A stretch of DNA of 64,000 nt, taken from assembly GCA_951406725.2 (NCBI GenBank), contig OX597815.1, forward strand, positions 57,784,001 through 57,848,000, written 5' to 3'. Position numbers and translations under genes: made by a program. A model generated the notes under the pieces. It had not been told where the DNA came from. It ran no database searches and saw only the letters and a program-made list of their open reading frames with translations. The stretch comes from Octopus vulgaris (lineage: Eukaryota). Below, one piece after another: positions 58,152 through 64,000 of the stretch; the first letter of the stretch is position 1, and each line of letters opens with the position of its first letter.

Positions 58152-58789
58152 CATTCTCTCTCTCTCTCTATTTATTTTATTTATCTATTTTTTGCAGAGT
58201 CGGACTCAGTATCTCTTATTGGCTTTTCCCTAGAGAGAAGGGATCCATCTCACCAACTTAATACATACAATGAAGCAATCTCTATGTAATTCAAAACTCC
58301 CTAAAATCTTACTCTCATTAAAATAAAGGATGACACATTACATAATGTAGTCATAAATAACACAATGCCTGAATAAAAGATGGGATGTTCAAACCTGGTA
58401 TGAGGCTAGATAATATTTCTAAATGCATAACAAGGTATATGCCTCAATGACCAGTCTGTTATGCAATTTAACATCTTTCACAATAAGTGGCAGTTACCAT
58501 CTTTTCAGCAAGTATAGATGTTAACATTACAATTCTTTCTACAAATGGTGACATTTATATAGGAATTTCTTCTGGAATATTGGTGGTAGAAATATTAAGT
58601 GAAAAGTTTATGGAAAGAAAAATTGCTATTTACTTTATAAATTTTTCTGTATCCACATAACTGCTCAACAACTTCATTGAATGAATAGTAGCCATAGCAA
58701 TTTGGTGGGTAAACAACCTGTATTAAAAACATTGATAATGCTGGTCATGCCATTATAACTGCTACAATATTTATCAACATACAATATTT

Positions 58790-59215
58790 ATCAACATTGA
58801 CAGTTGCATAAAGAAATGCCAATCTCTATAAAAGGAACCTGTGGAAGAGGTAGACCCAGGAAGATGTGAGATGAGGTGGTAGAATATGATCTTTGGATGT
58901 TGAGTCTCATGGAGGTAATAACAAGAAACCAATACTTTTGGTGATTTGCTGTGCTTGGGAAGACATGTCAAGTTAAGTGAAATTGTAGTTGCAGTCAGTG
59001 CTGGTAACTTATGAAAGGTAATCATGCAGGTGACATGTAAAAGGCACCCAATACACTCTGTGGAGTGATTGGCACTAGAAAGAACATCCAGCCATAGAAA
59101 CCAAGCCAAAACAGACTGGAACCTGCTGCTGCAGCTCCAGTTATTCCATCTTACTCATGCTAGCATATAAAATGGATGCTACTAAATGATGACGACGACA
59201 ACAATGATGATGCAA
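58790..59215 (+). mobile_element. Decayed RTE 3' fragment
   Basis: GTCGRGRPRK remnant, RTE 3' UTR, (GAT/GAC)n tail. Confidence 0.8.
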
Positions 59216-60173
59216 CAAAAGCTGTCAGTATGAGAATAATGTGCTGATTCCCACAACTGTATTTCCCCAAAATACAGCATGAGAGGCTCTAATGAATGGA
59301 CATAGAGCCACACTGAGTTTCTGTTAGGTTTGTTCAGCTAATCTGAATGTTATTTAAAAGTTTCAGCTGTTACTATAATTGATGACCAGTTGAATTATAT
59401 TTAACAGATGAGTATTGGGTAAGCAAGGTTAAAGTGAACAGGAACCAAAATTTTCATATTTTGAAAATGTGTGTCAAAAAGAACCAAGTATAGAAGTGTC
59501 AAATATACTTCACTCCCACTAGCAACAACCGAAGATTGATGAAAATGCTACAGCAAATGTGTGTTTGTGTGTGTGATGAAACAAACCAAACACAAAAAGG
59601 AACAAGTATTAGTTGCTTTGCATGTTATGGAAAACTATCATGGAAATGTGCAGAAGAGAGTCACTATACCAAATTATGAGTGCAATGATTGTTAGCAGAG
59701 AGAGACATTTCTGATGCAAATTTTCAAGTAAATTTGAATATGAATATGCTTGTATGTCTTTGAGTAAATATAGATGAGTGGTGAAACTTAAATGAAGTCT
59801 TAATACACTTGAGCTGATTCAGCATTTTCACAAGCTGATGTAAAAAAGTAGTTGAAGAAACAGCTAATATAATTTCTCTGAAACTCTAAAAATGTATACT
59901 GTATAAAGAGTGATCATGTTTTCTGTTTTCATTAATGTGCAGAACAAATCAACATAATCAACATGGAAAGCAGGAATTTAACAAGAGTGAAAGAAATATA
60001 AAATATCTATGTAAAACAGTTGAGAAATAAATGAAATGTCAAGCCATAAATGAATGAGAAACAAGAAAATAAGAGAGAGAAAATGCTTATGATGATATTC
60101 ATATAATTTTAGTTTTTGTGGAATCACTTGACTATAGATTGATTATGTTTTCAACAATGCTGAATTTATACCT

Positions 60174-60412
60174 CTAGAAGTGCCCAGTAGAGCTGATGGC
60201 TGAATAAATATGTGGAAGCTGAAAATGAAGAGAAGATGAATTTAACCATTGATCTGAAAGTTCATCATCTTCCCAATCAGCTGTTATTTCTGTGAGATAT
60301 ACTGAATGAAGTCTTTGTTTGATAAGAGATGGAAGCTGATCATATCTCTTAATATATTGTGAATTAAAATTTTTTGTAATATATTCGGTAGGGAACTGAG
60401 CATCAGGATTTG
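60174..60412 (-). CDS. Candidate terminal exon of an unidentified host gene
   Basis: ccctctcacAG acceptor; 79 codons open to TAG (NPDAQFPTEY...WEDDELSDQW...); phase matches exon 61866-61960. Confidence 0.35.
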
Positions 60413-61225
60413 CTGTGAGAGGGCTGTTATTCTGTGTTGAATTGAAAGATAGCAGTTGATTGACAATTTGAAAATCATTTGGTAGAGGTTAGCATTCTTT
60501 TGTGAGAAAATGCTGAATGTTTGTTAGTTAACTGAATAAAAGAAGCAAAAAAAACTTTGTATCTTTTGGCATCAGACATATGCATGGTAGTTGGTGTATA
60601 TTGTCATAGTGCATCACTAAGAGGCAGTGAACAGCATGAAGCAGTTCAAATAGACAGATAACATTTAGAGATTTATGTGGTCAGGTTGTACCTGTTGTTG
60701 TATGAAGGATGGGAAAATAAAGACTTATCTTGAGCTGGCAAAATAAACTTTGGAAGAAGGAAATCTACTCAACATTTTGATTGCAACTCTGTGCAACCCT
60801 GCACACTTTCTCTAACCCAAAACCTCCTGGCCAGAATCTACAATAGACCAGAAATCATTATGCATGCCTGTTGTCGCTGGTTGCCACTTGAAGAAAGAAG
60901 CAGACCTGCTTTGATGTCACTTCTTCCCTCACTTGTGGCATCTCGTGTCTCTCTTCAATGTCAACTTACTACTCCACTCATGTAAAACTTACTGTGTGAA
61001 TTAGTTATTCTGAATGCCAAAATCAAGAAAGTTTTTGGAATAAAGAATATACTACAGAAGTTGCTGCAGGAAAGTTTATTTCAATGGTAATAATTAGATG
61101 AGTTGACTCTATGGAAAAGTATTTCTAACCAATTGATAAAGCATGAAAACTTTCAAATGTAGAAAGAATGTGTGTGTATGTGTATCTACTATTTTGTGTT
61201 GCAAGAGAGAAATAGTGAGAGAGGC

Positions 61226-61282
<57 letters not shown>

Positions 61283-61301
61283 GTGATGTAGCCAGCAGTG
61301 G

Positions 61302-61440
61302 CATCATCATCATCATCATCATTTAACATCCATTTTCCATGCTGGTACAGACTGGACAGTTTGATAGGAGCTGGCAAGCAAGAGGGCTGCACCAAGTTCC
61401 AATTATCTGTTTCTATGACTGGATGCCCTTCCTAACACCA
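61302..61440 (-). mobile_element. RTE 3' tail fragment
   Basis: (CAT)n + TTTAACATCCATTTTCCATGCTGG + GGATGCCCTTCCTAAC. Confidence 0.75.
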
Positions 61441-61865
61441 TCATGTATATGTGTTCATATGCATTACCTTTTACTCTGCACTAATTCTCAAACTATAGTA
61501 CTCTAAAGTTCAGCATGAGAGATTGAGAAACTGATCAATGGTTGCTGAGTGACCAGTTATAACCAATAAAATAGACTCAAACTGAGTTTCTGTTAGATAA
61601 ATTTACATTTTGGCTCAAATTTATACACAGAGTAGTTGTAGCTAACATGAATACTGTTTAACAGTTTGAGCTGTTGCAGTAATTCATGACCAATTGAATT
61701 ACATTTAACAGATAAGGCCAAAGTGAATTGGAGCCCAAATTTTCATATTATTTATGTATGTGTTTATATACTTAACAGTGTATGTGAGCAAGAAACAAAC
61801 ACAAGCATGTATGGCAGGTTAGCAGTGACATAATATGCCACAAATCTATATCTCATAGAGTTTAC

Positions 61866-61960
61866 CTAAAATATTGGGGCCAGTGGCAGGAGAGTTTATT
61901 TCCTGCAAGTTCTTTCTGCTAGCCATATATTGCAGATAGTATGCTTTCTGCATGTCTGAG
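61866..61960 (-). CDS. Candidate host exon (95 nt)
   Basis: tttcttttgtAG acceptor, AG|GTAAAC donor; 96-nt intron to the next candidate exon. Confidence 0.5.
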
Positions 61961-62056
61961 CTACAAAAGAAATACTTTGGACTGTTTTTATTTTTTATTT
62001 ACAAAGTCACAAAAGTGTCAATAGTGTTCAAAGAGTAACAATATCAATGTACTTAC

Positions 62057-62131
62057 ATTGTTTGGAAGAGTACACTTCCCTTGGCGCTGACCTTCTTGAA
62101 ATGTTTGTAGTATTTCTTCAGGATCAGGAAG
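62057..62131 (-). CDS. Candidate host exon (75 nt)
   Basis: T-rich tract plus tattatAG acceptor, consensus GTAAGT donor; open in two frames. Confidence 0.55.
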
Positions 62132-62689
62132 CTATAATATATTTTATAATAAACAAAAACAAAAAAACAGTTTGAAAAAGCAGTATGTAACAAATATATC
62201 ATTCTAACTTGAGTAGAATTATGTATCATGCAGTTCCAAGCTACTTCCAAGGCAGCCAATTTATGCAAAATATGAGATTTTGAAGAGTGAGATAACTGGA
62301 GATGAGCACTGGGCAGCATTGTAAATCAAAAGAGCACAGGATGTTATAATGATGATAGATGATTTCTTAAGTTGATGAATAAAGGGCTGACCATTTAAGT
62401 TTGTATAAATACATTACAACACAATAGAATTTCAGCTTTGAAAAAATAAAACTCAGACCATATAAATATACTCACTTCTTAAGAATGATATTTAATGAAT
62501 GCTAGGTTGCAAGTTCAAATTTTCTGCAAGTATGGAACAAGTAACATCTACCAATTCACATAAGAAACTGAAAATGCTTGGATTTCCAGAATTTCAGTCT
62601 CTTTGTGTCAGCTTCAAAGATATTCATCTTTTTCTTTAGGTGCCATGTCCAGAATGTAGGATGTGTGATCATATCCTGCCACAACTCTC

Positions 62690-63155
62690 TGTTCTTTAAT
62701 TTAAGTAAGTTCCAGTTCCTAATGTTTGATGCCTCTTTCTTCCAACCAGTTTGTCAAGCTTAACATCCATATCATCCTCCTAATTTCCTCTGCTTTTTTT
62801 TTCCTTTCAGTTTTTCCAGTCATCCCTAAGATCTCCAGGACCTTTTTCCTCATCACATGACCAAGAAATTTCAGTTGTTTGGCCCTTATCTCATGAAACA
62901 GTTTCCTATTTACCACAGCCCAGGTCATCTCTTGTTCATTAGATATTGAGGATATTATGATATCCTCAATATTCTCCTTAAGAACAAATCATAGCTCACC
63001 AAGCACATTTCTGATGTTATAGACCATGTTTTACTTCCATATATTAACACAGGGTAGGCATAGCATCTCCATATATGGATCTTGGTCTTGAAACTCATAG
63101 CATGGTTTCTCAAGATGTTACACAATTTTGAGAATGCAGATTTTGCCAGCATTAT
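62690..63155 (-). pseudogene. Decayed RTE RT C-terminal fragment
   Basis: AKSAFSKL...YPVLIYGSKTW; QLKFLGHVMRK. Confidence 0.8.
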
Positions 63156-63224
63156 TCATCTTAGTAAAGTCACATGAAGGGACTCACCATGTCCAATAGT
63201 CTAATAGTTCTGCATACCTGTCAC

Positions 63225-63355
63225 CCTGGATTGTTATTCCATTCATTAACTCTAAAAGGATGAAAGGCAAAGTTGCTTTTTGTAGGATTTGAATTCTGAG
63301 CACAGAATAATTACCCACAAGGTATTTAATTCTAAGCTCTAACAACTTTGCCAAT
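63225..63355 (-). mobile_element. Decayed SINE related to 2034-2175
   Basis: Reverse complement of CTTTGCCTTTCATCCTTT core and GAATTCAAATCC B-box. Confidence 0.55.
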
Positions 63356-64000
63356 TTATCACATTAACTTGCAGAATATGCAATATTAACTTGGAATGAC
63401 AGATGGAGCAGGAGAAATGATATTTTAAATATGAACAATAAATGACAGTTGAAAAACTTTTTGATGAGAGATGGGAATGTCTGAGGCAGAGGAAGTACAG
63501 AGAAGGTACTGAGGAACAGAGCCCATTATAGCAACAATAGAAAAGACATAAAAAGAAGACACAAAACTAGTAATCCCAAGGCAGGAGCCTACTACAAATA
63601 TGACTATGTCAGTCAGTCAAGTGGCTTTTATCTGGATGCAGTCTAGGATGTCTGTGTGTGTAACAACAGCACCATTTCATTTGACCTTTGTACCAACTGC
63701 CAAGAGCTGAAATATTTTCTGACCCTGAATAGAAGGACCAGTATCTAGGATATAATACTAACTATAGTAAGGACATGCTTTTGCCTGGAGAGGTCCTCAA
63801 TGATAGTGAAACCCAGCTCTAGTTAAGAGCTACTCATGCTTAGAGAAGAAGCTATGGTGTTTTCTTGATATAAGTTGTAGAATGACAGTGGAATATATTA
63901 GTGACTGAAAAAGATAAAGGAAGATGTGAAATTAGATATCAAAATATTGGATCAGGTGAATTAAGTAATGCTTACAGGATTGAGCTGAGAAGAGTAGCCA

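Noticed and set aside
63410-64000. Faint RT-like remnants
   Set aside because: Too degraded to support a call.

Overview
Repeat-dominated, AT-rich animal genomic DNA. The SINE/RTE repertoire and huge dinucleotide tracts suggest a cephalopod such as Octopus (inference). The centre (~11.4-45 kb) holds ~16 kb of (TA)n-based arrays with six copies from three families (my labels A, B, C) of one CR1-group APE-endonuclease/RT LINE lineage, each ending directly in (TA)n. An older fourth family (D) lies at 50-52 kb. Copy B (20309-25942, minus) looks full-length. It has a YY1-like motif at its 5' tip, an apparent spliceosomal intron in the 5' UTR, an ORF1 with a Myb/SANT-like domain plus a CCCH zinc finger, an intact ORF2, and a 3' hairpin module shared by all four families. 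This candidate (TA)n-homing retrotransposon system is the main finding. The flanks carry decayed mariner, maT, Penelope-like, RTE and CR1 elements, SINEs, palindromic MITEs and a few probable host exons (60-62 kb, minus). Long IY/YI-repeat ORFs are microsatellite translations, and 10.1-15.2 kb may be low-quality sequence. All calls were made by eye; no searches were run.
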